DNA from: Mobula hypostoma
Lineage: Eukaryota
NCBI RefSeq assembly: GCF_963921235.1
Contig: NC_086097.1
Span: 243,972,001 to 244,036,000 of the forward strand
Length of the DNA stretch: 64,000 nucleotides
Direction: 5' to 3'
Shown: piece after piece, positions 49,091 to 63,099 of the stretch
How the letters are laid out: every line of letters starts with the position of its first letter
Position numbering within the stretch: position 1 is the first letter of the stretch
Program-made: the position numbers and the translations under genes
The notes under the pieces: generated by a model
What the model saw: only the letters and a program-made list of their open reading frames with translations
The model's database searches: none
What the model was told of the DNA's origin: nothing

Positions 49091-49519
49091 GGTTAATATG
49101 AGGGGGCATAATTTTAAGGTGATTGGAGGGGGGATGTCAGGCATAAGTTTATTACACAGAGAATGTTGGGTGTGTGAAACGCCCTGCTAGGGGTAGTGAC
49201 AGAGGCAGATACATTAGGCACATTTATAAGACTCTTAGACAGGCATATGGATGATAGAAAAATGGAGGGTTATATAGAAAGTACGAGATGGAATTTTCAC
49301 CAATATCTCTATATCCGTGGGAGCTGAGAAAGTAGCCTTTTTCCAGTAAGATGGTGTCATTAGATGGTGACCCTTTGTGTGCCCCTCTGATGGGAATTAT
49401 CAAATAATTCCCATTCAGGACTACTACAGCTCAGATGTTTAAAAAATCTATCGATACTCAAAATCGACGAACCTTGGGCAGCAGACTCAGGTTGCGAGTA
49501 TAGTTCCCCTTTAAGAAAA

Positions 49520-52500
49520 CGAAAGCGACGATGCGCGCCAGTCCACAGGTACAAATGAAACTCTAAGGTCTTAGACTTCCCATGCAGACTATCCTGCTGA
49601 CAAATGTACAGGCTCTGGAAAATAAAACTGTGGATCTCAGAGCAAGGGACATCGGAGACTGCTGTTTACACTGCTTTATGGAAACATGGCTCACACCCGC
49701 AATTTTGGATGCAGCGCTTCAGCCCGTTGACTTCATCATTCTCTGCAAAGGCAGGATAGCTTGGTCTTTTAAAAGCAGAGGAGGTGGAGTATGCTTTATG
49801 ATAACTCATATTAGTGCACAATCATGGCAGTTCTGTCTCAGTTCTGCTTCCCCAACCTGGAACATCTAGTGTCATCCATTTTATCTGCTGAGGGAGTTTA
49901 CCATCATCATGCCAGTAGTGGTGTACATTCCACCCCAGTCCTACGTCAACCAGCCAGTGCAGAAGCTGGCAACATAATCAGCAGGCATGATGTCTTCCCT
50001 ATCATTGTGGGCCAGCTTGGAGAAGACCATAAGACCATAAGCATAGGAGCAGATTTAGGCTATTTGGCCCGTCGAGTCTGCTTCACCATTCAATCATGGC
50101 ATTCAGAGAAGTCTCTGAACAACTACAGCCAACATACCACCTGTGGAACCCTAGGAGCCAAGACTCTTGACCATTGTCATACCACCATCAAGAATACTTA
50201 CCATGCCATCCCAAGCCCACATTTTGGGAATTCCGATCGCCTGGCAGTACTTCCACCCGTGGTGCATAGCCAGAGACTAAAGACCACAGCAACAGTGTTC
50301 AGGATTAAGGGAGGTGGAGGAACGCTTACAGGACTGCTCTGAGTCTGTGGACTGGACAATATTCAGGGATTCATCTGAATGAATGTGCCACAGTTGTTAC
50401 TGGCTTCATCAAGACCCATGTGGGTGAGTGTGTGCCTTCTACAGTGTACCAGACATATCCAGACCAAAAGCTGTGGATGAAACATGAGATTCATAGTCTG
50501 CTGAGGGCTAAATCTGTTGCATTCAAGGCCAGTGATCCAGAAATATACAAGAAGTTCAGGAACAACCTTCAGAAGTCTATTCTAAGGGCAAAAAAATAAC
50601 AATTCCATTTGAGGTTAGAGGGAGAATCGGACGCACGTCAGCTCTGGCAGGGTTTGCAAGTCATTACCTGTTAAGAAAAGAGACCTAACATCATGAATGG
50701 ATGTGAAAACTCATAGATTCGCTCAATACCTTTTACAACACTACAAAAGGGAGAATAAAACTACAAGGAAGTTACTAGTGTGGGTGGAGCATTGGCTGGT
50801 CAGCAGAAAATAGAGGAATAAAGGGATCCTATTTCTGGCTGACTACTGGTTACCAGTGGAGTTCCACAGTGGTTGGTGTTGGGTCCGCTGCTTTTTACCA
50901 TGTAAGTCAATGATTTGGACTATGGGATTAATGGATTTGTGGCTAAACTTGCCGATGATACAAAGATAGGTGGAGAAGCGGGTAATGTTGAGGAAACAGA
51001 GAGCCTGCAGAGAGACTTAGATCGTTTAGGGGAATGGGCAAAGAAATGGCAAATGAAATACAATGATGGAAAGTGTATGGTCGTGCACTTTGGTGGAAGA
51101 AATAAATGGGCAGACTATTATTTAGAGAGAATTCAAAATGCAGAGGTGCAAAGGGACTTGGGAGTCCTTGTGCGAGATATCCTAAAATTAATCTCCAGAT
51201 TGACTCGGTTGTGAAGAAGTCGAATGCATTGTTGGCATTTATTTCTAGAGGTATAGAATATAAGAGATGTGATGTTGAGGCTCTATAAGGCACTCGTGAG
51301 ACCACACTTGGAGTATTGTGTGCAGTTTTGGGCTCCTTATTTTAGAAAGGATATACTGCCATTGGAGAGGGTTCAGAGAAGATTCACAAGAATGATTCCA
51401 GGAATGAAAGGGTTACCGTATGAGGAACGGATTCCCTGGAGTTCAGGAGAATGAGGGGGGATCTCATAGAAACATTCCGAATGTTAAAAGGCCTGAACAG
51501 ATTAGATATAGAAAAGTTATTTCCCACGGTAGGGAATTCTAGAACAAGAGGACACGACTTCAGGATTGAAGGACGTCCTTTTAGAACTGAGATGCAGAGA
51601 AATTACTTTAGTCAGAAGGTGCTAAATCTATGGAATTTGTTGCCATGAGTGGCTGTGGAGGACAAGTCATTGGGTGTATTTAAGGCAGAGGTAGATAGGT
51701 TCTTGATTAGCCAGGGCATCAAAGGGTATGGGGTGAAAGCAGGGGAGTGGGAATAACTGGAAGGATTGGATCAGCCCATGATTGAATGGCAGAGCAGACT
51801 CGATAAGCTGAATGGCCTACTTCTGTTCCTAAATCTTATGGTCTTACGGTCGTAAACCTGTGCAAATCCTTGCAGCATCTGGTGACCCTGTGATCTCGGT
51901 CTCAGAGGCTGACATGAGAACATCTTTCAAAAGAGTGAACCTCAAAAGGCATCAGGCCCTGATGGTGTACCTGGTAGGATACTGAAAGACTATTCCAATC
52001 AACTGGCGTGAGCGTCTAATGACACCTTCAGTCTCTCACAGCTGCAGTCGGAGGCTCCCACATGCTTCAGAAGGGCGACAATCATACCAGTGCCCAAGAA
52101 GAGCAGGGTGAGCGGCCTCAATACCTATTGCCCAGTGGCATTCACGTATACCTTGAAGATACGCCTTGAGAGGCTGGTCATGCCCAAGCAAGGGAATAGA
52201 CCTGCTGCAGTTTGCCTATCACCACAATAGGTTTACAGTGGATGCAATCTCACACGGCTTTCAATCATCTGGGTGATAATAATACCTGCAGTAGGTCAGG
52301 TGCTGTTTACTGACTACAGCTCAGCGTTCAACACAATCATACCCTCAGTTCTATTCAACAAAACCTGGGTCTCCGTACCTTCCACTGTAATTGGATCCAT
52401 GACTTCCTCACTGAGAGACCGCAGTCTGTGCTGATCGGAAGTAACACCTTTTCCTCGCTGACAATCAACACTGGCGCACCTCAAGGATGAGGGCTTAGCC

Positions 52501-53082
52501 CATCGCTCTACTCGTTTGATGTTTATTTATTTAGAGATACGGTGCAGAGTAGGCCTTCCGACCCTTCCAACCACACCACCCCAGCCATCCCCACAACCCC
52601 GATTAACCTAACCTAATCATGGGATAACTTACAACGAGCAATTAACCTAGCCGGTACGTCTTTGGACTGTGAGAGGAAACTGGAGTGACCATGCATTCCA
52701 CAGGGAGGACTAACAGAGGCCCCTTGCAGAACAGCAGTGGAGTTGAACTCTGATCTCCAGAGCTGTGTTAGTGTTGCACTGACCACTCAGCTACTACAGT
52801 GATTGTGTGGCTCGTCACAGCTCAAACATCATGTCTAAATTTGCCAATGACTCAACTATCGTTGGCAGAGTTTCAGATGGTGGTGAGGGGGCGTACGGGA
52901 GCAAGGTAGATCAGCTGGATGAGTGGTGTCACAACAACCACCTTTCACTCAGTGTCCGTAAGACCAAAGAATTGATTGTGAACTTCAGGGAGAGGAAGTC
53001 GAGGTAACACACACCAGTCCTCGTCAATGGATCGATGGATCAGCAGTGGAAAGAGTGAGCAGCTTCAAGCTCCTGGGTGTTC
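49520..53082 (+). mobile_element. Decayed Rex1/Babar LINE (APE + RT) with nested CR1 and SINE insertions
   Basis: APE motifs ILLTNVQALENK, CFMETWL, RGGGVCF, LDHC and SDRLAV. RT motifs [21 protein letters not shown] and KTKELIV. Confidence 0.88.
50766..51853 (+). mobile_element. 5'-truncated CR1 nested in Rex1 (subfamily of 11588-16552)
   Basis: RT motifs KLADDTKIGG and [14 protein letters not shown], tail TTATGGTCTTACGGTC. Confidence 0.93.
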
Positions 53083-54985
53083 TTGATGATGGATGCTTTC
53101 CTGCGACAACGCTCTGAGTAGATGCGCTCAATGGTGGGGAGGGCTTTACCCGTGGTGGACCGGGTCATAGCCACAACTTTTTGTATGCTTTTCGGTTCAA
53201 GGGCATTGGTGTTTCCATACCAGGCTGCAATGCAACCAGTCAGTATACTCTCCACTACACATCTGTGGAGGTTTATCAGAGTTATAGATGACATGCCAAA
53301 GTAGGGGCTCTGCCGTGCTCTCTTTGTAATGGCACTTACATTTTGGATCCAGGATAGATCCTCCGAAATGAGAACACTGAGAATTTTGAAGTTGCTGACC
53401 CTTTCCACCACTGGATCCCCTGATGAGAACTTGCTCATGGACCTCCAGTTTCCTGCTGTCATTGAGTGAGAGGTTGTTGTTGCGACACCACTCAGCCAGA
53501 TTATCAATCTCCCTCCTGTGTGCTGATTGATCGCCACCTTTGATTTGCCCAATGACAGTGGGGTCATCGGCAAAATTAAACATAGCATTGGAGCTGTGCT
53601 TAGCTTCACAGTCTAAAGTGAGAAGAGCAGGGGGGCTAAGCACACAGCCTTGCAGTGCGCCTGTGCTGATGGCGATTGTGGATGAGATGTTGTTGCCAAA
53701 CCGATCTAACTGGGGTCTGCAAGTGAGGAAATCGAGGATCCAATTGCACAAGGAGGTATTGAAGCCAAGGTCTTGAAGCTTATTGATTCATTCTGAGCAG
53801 ATGATAGTATTGAATGCTGATCTGCAGTTGATGAAGTGCATCCTGATGCATGGATCTTCGGTGTATTAATTTCCCAGAGTTGAATGAAGAGCTAATAAAA
53901 TGGAATTTGCTGTTGAGCTGTTGTAACAGTAGGCAAATTGGAGAGGATCCAAGTCACTTCTCAGGCAGGAGTTGATATGTTTCATCACCAACTTCTCAAA
54001 GCACTTCATCACAGTGCATGTAAGGGCGACTGGACGATCATCACTGAGACAGGTTACCACGTTCTTCTTGAGCACTAGTATAATTGAAGCCTGCCTGAAG
54101 CAAGTGAGTACCTCAGACTGCTGAAGCAAGACATTAAAGATGTCATTGAACACTGAAGCCAGATGATTAAGCACAGATCTTTAGTACTCTGCCAGGTACT
54201 CCGTCTGGGCTAGATTCTTTCTGTGGGCTCACCTTCTGAAGGATGCTCTCACGTCAGCTTCCGAGACTGAAATCACAGGGTCATCAGGGACTGTGGGAGA
54301 TCATGAAGGCATCTCCATAGTTTGACTGTCAAACCAAGTGTAACGTTCCGTTATATTGGCTCGTGTATGTCTCGGGGAAATCCAGCCCAGCACCTGCTTC
54401 AACACTCCCCACAGGGTCGGTGGCCGCCCGAATCAATCACAACATCAATCATCAGCCAGCACACCCAGTAAATTTTAACAAATACACTTTATAGATATTA
54501 CTAATTCTATGACATTAATATACATTTGATACAGAGAGGAAAGTAATGAAAAAAAAGGCACCAACACTTATGGAAGTCCAAAGTCCAAGTTCTTCGCGCG
54601 CTACCGTTGGAGCTCAATTCGACGTCAGACGACCACCCGAATTCCGTCGACTCACAGCTCGGGACCACCCTTAGTGATCGACCGGAGCCTCTCCGCACGT
54701 CCGCAGTCCTCCTCGTCTCACCTCCAACTCCCCGCCAAAACTCAGTCCACAGTCATATCATACAGCATGGTATCTGAAAACAAAACGATACATAACCACC
54801 CATTGGCTAATAGAACCTTGTTATCTCATTTTAAAGTAAAACAAACTACTAGCGCAAACTCTCTTCAGCGTTAAAGCACAACAAAGCCGCATTCCCCAGA
54901 TTAACGTAACAAAGTCGCCATTTTAAATGTAACAAAAGAAAGACCCCGTACACAAGCATAAAAGGCATTGAGCTCATCTGGGAGC
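53083..54985 (-). mobile_element. Rex1/Babar RT region, interrupted by a solo LTR
   Basis: Peptides [46 protein letters not shown] and FADD. Confidence 0.92.
54339..54952. mobile_element. Solo LTR (Gypsy-like)
   Basis: TGTAACG...CGTACA termini with perfect 4-bp TSD CAAG. Rex1 sequence resumes on both sides. CpG-rich. Confidence 0.88.
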
Positions 54986-55534
54986 ACACATGAATGCGGG
55001 AAAATGGAAGGATGTGGGCATTGTGTAAGCATAAGGGATTAGTTTAGTTGGCTATTTGATTATTACTTTATTTGGTTCACACAAAGTTGTGGGCCGAAGG
55101 GCCTGTTCCTGTGCTGTACTGTTCTATATTCTGTTGAGCACTTCCTAGTATGATAAGATGGACTCTTGACCTCACAATCTACTTTGTTATGACCTTCCAT
55201 CTTCTAGCACTGTACTTTCTCTGTAAATGTAACACGTTATTCGTCACTCTGTTATTAATTTCCCTTGGACTACCTTTGTAGTGAAATGATAGGTATGCAT
55301 GGAATGAAACGTGTTGAAGCCAGGGTTGATAGGCTTTGGATTAGTCAAGACAACAAAGCTTACAGGGAGAATGCAGGGGAATGGGGTTGAGAAGTCAGCC
55401 GTGGTGGAATGGCAGAGAGACTCAATGGGCCGAATAGCCTAATTCTACTTCCATGTCACATGGCATGCAAGAAAAGGTTTTCACTGTATCTTTGGACATA
55501 CGACAATATTAAGCCAATTTACCAATTTACCTCT

Positions 55535-58500
55535 ACAAGAGAAAGGGGTTGCACCTGAACTGGTGGGAGACCAATGTCCGGGCTGGGAGATTCACAGGAG
55601 GGTTTAAACTGGAGAAGCCGTGAGCCGGGGACCTGAGCAATAGAGTTGCTACTGAGAAATCGGGGAGGGCCAGAGCAAATATGGTTATCAGAGTAGACAG
55701 GAGCACAGGAGAGAGGAAAGAACATCAGTTTAAATGGCATTTACCTCAAAGCAAGAGACTGGACAGACCATATCTACATTCTCTTCTTGCTTTTTAATTG
55801 TTTTTGATGGAGGTCGGGTTTGAGGACGTGATTGTTTTAAGTTGTTTAACTCTACTTGATACCTAGTTAGCCCATTGCTTTGCTTTTTAGTTTAGTTGCA
55901 CGGTGGGGTTTTTTTTCTCTTATTAACATGTTTGAAAATTAGTATACTATTATATTACTTGGTTATTTTATATTTAAACTGCACTGTCTGTACTAATTTT
56001 TTTTATATTGCAACTGTGTATCAGTGCTTATATGGTTTACCTTTTGTGTACTAATTCAATAAAAAGATTTAAAAAGAAAGAAAAAAAAGAAAGAAAGAGA
56101 CTGGACAGGTAAGATAGATCAACTCAGACTGTTAGGACTTGTATGCTATAGCCATAACAGACACATGGCCCTAAGATCAAAACCCCTGGGTTGGTGTGTC
56201 CAGAGGTCAGAGAGCTAATGTCCACAAGTCTGAGAGTCTAGGGCTAAGGACTGGTAGGCTAGATGCCTGCGGTTGGAGGCCTGTCTCTGTGTGAATAGCT
56301 GGGAGGATGCGAAAAGGCCTTGTTTTGACGTTACACACACAAAGTACTGGAGGAGCTCAGCAGGTCAGACAGCATCTGTGGAGATTAATGAACAGTCGAC
56401 ATCTTGGGCCAAGACCCTTCTTCAGGAGTGAAAAGGAAGGAGGAAGATGCTTGAATAAAATTTGTGGGGGGAGGGGAAGGAGGCTAGCTGGAAAGTGACG
56501 GGTGAAGCCGGGTGGGTGGGAAAGGCCAAGGGCAAGAGGAGATAGAATCTGATAGGATAGGAGAGTGGACAGTAGGACAAAGGGAAGGAGGAGAGGACTC
56601 GGGGGAAACTGATAGGCAGGTGAGAAGAAAGGTCAGAGTGGCGAATAGAAAAGGGTGGGGGGTGGGGGGAGTTTGTTCCCCGGCAGGGAAAATGGATATT
56701 CATGCTATCAGGTTGGAGGCTACCCAGACAGAACATGATGTGTTGCTCCTGCACCCTGGGGGTGGCCATGGATTGACAGGTCAGAATGGGAATGGCAATT
56801 GGAATTAAAGTATTTGGGCACTGGGAAGTCCTGCTTGTGGCAGAAGGTGCAGAGGTGCTCCATGAAGCAGTCCCCCAGTTTACGACGGGTCTCACCGACA
56901 TAGAGGAGGATGTTATTATCGCTTACGCTGCTGAGAATTGTGGGCATACTATGATGGCACCAGAATGCGTGACAGCACTTGCACATCGTTAGGTTCTGTC
57001 AGTCGTTGATGCCCAATGACGCATTTCACTGTATGTTTCAACGTACTGTACACGTGATAAATAAATCTGGATCTGGATCAGAATCCAGCTGAGGGAACGG
57101 CAGGACTGGCAGCTCAGCGTTCCTGGATATGTTCAGGTGCTATGGGCGTGACGAGACACGGGGAGGAGAGGAGAGGGAGTTGCCTTCCTAATTAAAGAAG
57201 TCAGAACAATGCTCACTATTTATTTATATAGAGATACAGTGCGGGAAAGTCCCTACCAGCCCAACGAGCTGTACCGCCCAGCAACCCACATACTTAACAC
57301 TACCCCAGTCGCAAGATAATTTATCTACTAACTGTCTTTGGACAGTGGGAGGAAACCACAGCACCCTGAGGAAATCCACACGGCTCACAGGGAGAAAATA
57401 CAAACCCCTTACAGATGGTGTCAGACTTGAACTCTAAACCCCAGAACGCCCCGAGCTGTAATAGCATCCTGCTAGCCACTACGCTACCCTGGTGCCCTGA
57501 AAGCCATATGGGTAGAACCTAGAAACAAGACAGGATGGTCACTCTGACGGCATTGTGATATGGGCCCCCATACCCCAACAGTCAGCAGGAACTGGAGGAG
57601 CAGATATGTTGAGTGTTGTGGGATATTTTAGCTTCCCTAATATTGACTGGGCTAACTGCAGTATAAAAGGTTTGGATGATACGTATCCACAGAGATGTAC
57701 TTGAGTGCGCAACACTGGATCTTCTCCTAGTGAATGAGGTAGGGCAAGAGGAAAAGTGTTTGTCAGTGAGAACTTTGAGTCCAGTGAACATAATTCCATG
57801 AGTTAAAGAGAATTGTTATGGAGAATAGTAATGACCGGTTCACAGGTTAAAGTCCTGAACGTGGACAGCGCAGAATTTTGGAGAAATTAAGCAAGATTTG
57901 TGTGAGACTAGAAACCGAGGTCATGGGTTAGCAGTGAAAGGTGAAATATTTATGGGGAGATTGAAGGGGAATTTCTTCACTCAGAGGGAGGTGCGAGAGT
58001 AAAACAAGCTGCCAGCAGAAGTGGTTTGATTGTAAAATTTCAGAAGTTTTGATAAGGACGTGGATGGGAGGACTGTGGTCCAGTGCAGATTGGTGGTCTT
58101 GGCAAAATAATAGATTCAGATACAAATTCTTTTATCTAACACATGTGCATTGAAACATACAGTGAGATGTATCATTTGTGTTAACAGCCAGTACACCTAA
58201 AGCCTACCTAATTACAATTTGGCATGGACCAGATGGGCTAAAGACCTGTTTTTGTGCTGTAGTGTTCTATGTCTCTATGACTGTAGGGAAAAGAGCGACT
58301 GCCAAGTAGGAGGCCTTTAAGAGTGCGATGTCAAGAGGTCAGTGCGTTCATGTTCTTGTTAGGGTGAAGGGTAAGGCTAGCAGGTTTTGGGAACCCTGGC
58401 TGAGGAAAGACTGAAGCTCTGGTTTAGAAAGAGAAGGAGACTTGCACTGTGCATAAAACAACTGAGAACTGGTGAATCTCTTTATGACGACAAGCAGTGT

Positions 58501-58650
58501 AGGAGTGTGCTAAAAATAAGGAAATAGGGGAACTGTGCGGTGATGTGTCAGACTGCAGATGAATGATCATGAAGGAGGAATTGGAGACCTTAAAGCGCAT
58601 TAAGGTGGATAAATCGCCAGGGCCCGACCTGGTGCATTGTGAGAAGCTAG
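55535..58650 (+). mobile_element. Very old fragmented CR1 with multiple nested insertions
   Basis: ORF1 end TTGCACCTGAAC...GGGTTTAAACT, then scattered APE remnants (GCCATAACAGACACATGG, AATATTGACTGG, AGTGAACATAATTCC) and GATAAATCGCCAGGGCCCGAC. Confidence 0.6.
56332..56915 (-). mobile_element. Penelope-like 3' fragment with GIY-YIG remnant
   Basis: Peptide YVGETRRKLGDCFMEHL...YFNSNCHSHSD and EQHIMFCLGSLQPDSMNI. Hammerhead with GAAA mutated to AAGA. Confidence 0.88.
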
Positions 58651-58709
58651 AGAAGAAATTTTAAAAAGACCCTTTCATTGATTTTCATAATCAGAAGCAA
58701 GTTTAATGT

Positions 58710-59010
58710 AGAGTCATAGAAAAGTACAGCACAGAAACAGGCCCTACGGCAAATCTAGTCCGTGCCAAACCAGTTAAACTGCCTACTCCCATTGACCTGT
58801 ATTTAGACCATAGCCCTCCATACCCCTACCTTCCATGTACCTATCCAAACTTCTCTTAAACATTGAAATCGAGCTTGCATGTACCACTTGTCCTGGCAGC
58901 TCGCTCCACACTCTCATAACCCTCTGAGTGAAGAAGTTTCCCCTCATGTTCCCCTTAATCTTTTCATTTTCCACCCTTAACCCATGTCCTCTAGTGGTAG
59001 TCCCACTCAC
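58710..59010 (-). mobile_element. CR1 3' fragment
   Basis: Peptide TRGHGLRV...NFFTQRVMRVWSELP. Confidence 0.85.
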
Positions 59011-59017
59011 AGTTATT

Positions 59018-59575
59018 TATGGAAAAGAGTAAACAATCGACCTTTTGGGCCGAGACCTATCATCATGACTGAAAATAAAGAGAAGTCAGAGTAAGAATGT
59101 GGAGAGAGGGGGGAGTAGTACAAGTTAGTAGGTGAAACCAGGAGAGGAGGAGGGGTGAAAGAGATAAAGAGCTGGGGGAATCTGACAGAGGACAGGAAAC
59201 CATGGAAGAAATGGAGGAGGAGAGTACCAGAGAGAGGTGATGGGCAGGTAAGGAGATAAGAGGTGAGAGAGGGAAATGAGGATGGGGAATGGTGAGGGGG
59301 GGGTGAGGGGTAGTGTGCACAATTACCAGAAGTTCATGAAGTTGATGTTCATGCCATCAAGTTGGAGGTATATGGTGTTGCTCCTCCAACCTGTGGGTTC
59401 ATTGCAGTAGTAGAGGAGGCCATGGACTGACATGTTGAAATGGGAATGGAAAGTCATATTGAAATTGGTCTCATGTATCAGTGAGACCCAACACAAACAA
59501 GGAGACCACTTTACCAAGCACCTATGCTCCAACCACCAGAAAAAGTGGGATCTCTCATTGGCCAATGTGTTCGTT
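59018..59575 (-). mobile_element. Penelope-like 3' fragment, decayed
   Basis: Same purine tract and GGTGTTGCTCCTCCAACCT motif. Confidence 0.75.
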
Positions 59576-60199
59576 TTGTGCTGATTCATACGCATAAGTC
59601 ATCATGGTCTTTTCATGACCATGATTGTTCATGGGAAATTTTTTGACAGAAGTGGTTTGCAATTGCCTTCTTCTGGGCAGTGTCTTTACAAGGCAGGTGT
59701 GCCCAGCCGTTGTCAGAGGTTGCCTGCCTGGTGTCAGTGGACTCATAACCAGGACCTGTGATATGTACCAGATGCACATAGACTGGGACTTTATCCCCAG
59801 GAAGGTAGGAGATTGGAGTGACCCTTTAGGATTATAAAAGTTCATGGAGGTCTAGGCAGGGTGAAAGAACCTAGTCTTCTTCTCAGTGAAGAGATGCATC
59901 GGACCAGAAGTCCCTACAAAGGGCTGAGAGGATGATAGGGCCCTCCCCATTTATCAGGAGCACTGCATATACAAGGCCCTTGGTATTATCCAGGATCCCA
60001 CCCATCTATCCAGCATCCTCTTTGACTTGCAACCATCAGGCGGGAGACTCCGATGTATAATGACAAGAACAGTCAGGATGAGAAACACCTTCTTCCCTCA
60101 GACCAGTAAGCTTCTGAAATCCCTGCTGCTATACTATCTTGCTGCCCCTCACAAAGCTTCTTCAGTAAAGAATGATTCGTATTTGGAATGGGCTGCCAG

Positions 60200-60880
60200 G
60201 CATAATTCCTTGAAAGTGGCATCATAGGTAGATATGTCATAAAGAGAGCTTTTGGCATGTTGGCTTTTATAAATCAGAATACTGAGTTCAGGAGCTGGGA
60301 CGTTATGTTGAAGCTCTATAAGATGTCGGTGAGGCCTAATTTGGAGCATTAGGTGCGGTTTTGGTCGACTACCTACAGAAAAGATATCATTTAGATTGCA
60401 AGAGTGAATAGAAAATGGTAGTGAATAGTATTTGAGACCTGAGGGAAAGGTTGAATGGATTAGAACTTTATTCCCCGGAGAGTAGGAAAATGAGGGGAGA
60501 TTTGATAGGAGTATGTAAAATTATGAGGCGTTTAGTTAGGAAAAATGCAAATAGGGTTTTTTTACTGAGAATGAGTGAAATTAGAATGAAAGGTCATAGG
60601 TTAAAGGAGAGAGGTGAAATATTTAAGAGGAACCTGAGGGAGAACTTCTTCACTCAGAGGGTGGTGAGAGTGTGGAACGAGCTGCCAGAAGAACTGCGGT
60701 TGTTGGTTTGATTTCAACACTTAAGAGAAGTTTGGATAACTTCTCTTAAGTGTGGCAATCAAACCTACATCCATCACTGAGAGGTGGAGGGCTGTGGTCC
60801 AATGGGATTAGGCAGAGTAACAGTTCAGCATGGACTAGATGGGCTGAAGAGCCTGTATCTGTACAATAACACTCTGTGAC
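60200..60880 (+). mobile_element. Old CR1 3' fragment
   Basis: Peptide RKMRGDLIGVCKIM...NFFTQRVVRVWNELP. Confidence 0.85.
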
Positions 60881-61594
60881 AGAGGGGGAGCTGTCTCCTT
60901 TATGTCTTTCAGTTTGGATGAAGGATCTTGACCCGTAATATTGACTGTTCATTTCTGCCCATCTTGGCTGCCTGACCTGCTGAACAGTTAAATTGGAAAA
61001 CTGCTGACGGACTTGGAAAGTGACGGGTCAAACAAAGGTCATCACGATGACTTTATTAAAGGAAGATCTCGTCTACTGTGGCTTTATCCCAAAATGGAAG
61101 ACTAAATCAAAGTTTAAATAATGTGGGATCCAATGCACGTTGGGAAAATCAGATCGAAAACTGTTTGATTATAGGAGGGTGACGGGTGATAATGGAACTC
61201 CTGTTCTACAAATCTCTTGGAGTCCATGGGGATACTCGGTCCAATGTCTGTGAGTCCATGTCTGAATCCGAGTCCGCTGGAGACTGGAGGCCGAACAATA
61301 AGGACTGTCTTGGACTTAGAGGACTGTATGTGTACTTAGGAGGGTGCTTGTTTTTGCTGATGTTATTTCGTTGCTTGTTGCGTTCTGTTCTGCTGAACGT
61401 TGTGGGATGTTTGCTCCGGAATGTGCGGTGACACTTGCAGTTTGCCCCCAGCGCATCCTTTACTGTGCTGGTTGTTAAAGCAAATGGAACATTTCACTGC
61501 ATGTTTCGATGTGCACGTGACAAGTAAACTAGAATCTTCATGCTGGAATCATGAATCTTAAATCTTCCTTCTTAAATAGGGAGCCTGTAACTTA

Positions 61595-62369
61595 TGTAAT
61601 GCCCTGGGAAAGGTTTCACTGCTAGTGTAATGGTTTCTCTGTAGCAGCAGTGTTTGGGTTATGACCAGAGATAACGGGGGCTTTGGAATGTGTGCGGTTC
61701 AATGAGGAGAGTGTTTTCTTTCTTGCGTGCCCGAGAGCAAGGTATTTGCGGTCTTTTGTTCGGTGGAAGATGGAGAGGGAAGATGCTGGAACAGAGAAGT
61801 CGTAGACTGCAGGATGGAGTGGACTTGGAATGGGGCTGGGAGTCGACATGGAGAAATCCATGGAGAATGAACGGAATGAACGGATAGGAAAACCATGAGT
61901 TCCAACGTGCACATTAGACTGGTTCATTAAAATGGGCCTTTTTTTTGTTTTCTTTACTAACCTATAGTCCAGGGGTCCCCAGCCTTCTTTGCACCGCAGA
62001 CAGGTTTAATATTGACAATATTCTTGCGGACCGGCCAATTGGGGGGAGGGGGGGAGTTGTTCAAGTTCAACAGTGCATGACAGGGAATGAGGAAAGGTGC
62101 AGCTGACTCATATCGTTTCATATCACCAAATCATATCGTTTCCTCGCGGCCCAGTAGCACATAGTTGGGGATCACTGTTATAGTCAAATTAAGAATTATA
62201 AAGCTCAACCGTTTAATTGCATATGGTGTATTGTCTGATATTTCGCGATACCGATTTGTAACAGGGCTACACATCACGCAGCACCACACAAATGAGATTT
62301 CACAAGTTTGGCAGGGCTGGAGACTGTCTTCCTCTAGAATAACACCGCCGGCTGAACCTGAGGGTTGCA
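61595..62369. mobile_element. Solo LTR (Gypsy-like) containing a hAT MITE
   Basis: TGTAATGCCCT...AGGGTTGCA termini with perfect 4-bp TSD CTTA. Confidence 0.78.
61970..62177. mobile_element. hAT (Charlie-like) MITE
   Basis: TIRs CAGGGGTCCCCAGC...GTTGGGGATCACTG with 8-bp TSD CTATAGTC/TTATAGTC. Confidence 0.88.
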
Positions 62370-62382
62370 CTTAAAGCATCAC

Positions 62383-62780
62383 CAGACGATAAGACATAGG
62401 AGCAGTATTAGGCCATTCAGCCCATCGAGTCTGCTCTGCCGTCCCATCGTGGCTAGTTTATTATCCCTCTGAATCCCATCTCCTGCCTTCTCGCCTTAAC
62501 CTTAGACAACATGATTAATCAAGAACCTATCAATCTCTGCCTTAAATATACCCAATAACTTGGCCTCCAGAGCCATCAGTGGCAATAAGTTCAACAGATT
62601 CTCTGGCTAAAGAAATTCCTCCTCATTTCTGTTCAAATGGACAAGCCTCTATTCTGAGGCTGTGCCCTCTGGTCCTAGACTAGAGGAAATATCCTCTTCA
62701 CATCCAGTTTATCTAAATGGGCTTTATCTAGGGCTTTCAATATTAAATAGATCTCAATGACTTCACCCCTCGTTCCTCTA
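62383..62780 (-). mobile_element. CR1 3' fragment
   Basis: Matches the 3' end seen at 11588-12000. Confidence 0.8.
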
Positions 62781-63099
62781 AGGGACTGATGCGAGAATAT
62801 TGAGGGTCTGTTATAGTCCGGTGGATAGGAATAGACTGCAGGATGGTATTGATCAGTTGACAAGAGAGGCAGGCCAAAGGCAAATGAAGTTTGTTGTTCT
62901 TTTCCTCCCCACACCCTGTGACACATTGGGCAGCAAACTTGCCATTTCTTTGGCATTGCTGTCTGTTTTTTTACGAGTCTGAGCTGCTAGCTGGACACTC
63001 AACCCAGCATGTAAGGAGCCAGCTGGATTCAAACCTGGGACAACTCGCCTCTAAGTCTGCAGAGGATGCAAGTTTAATTCTTGTTAATGTGAGTCGATG

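Noticed and set aside
60719..60752. Small inverted repeat ACTTAAGAGAAGTT...AACTTCTCTTAAGT as a terminator or structured RNA
   Set aside because: It lies in a decayed CR1 tail at what looks like a micro-inversion breakpoint. There is no evidence of function.
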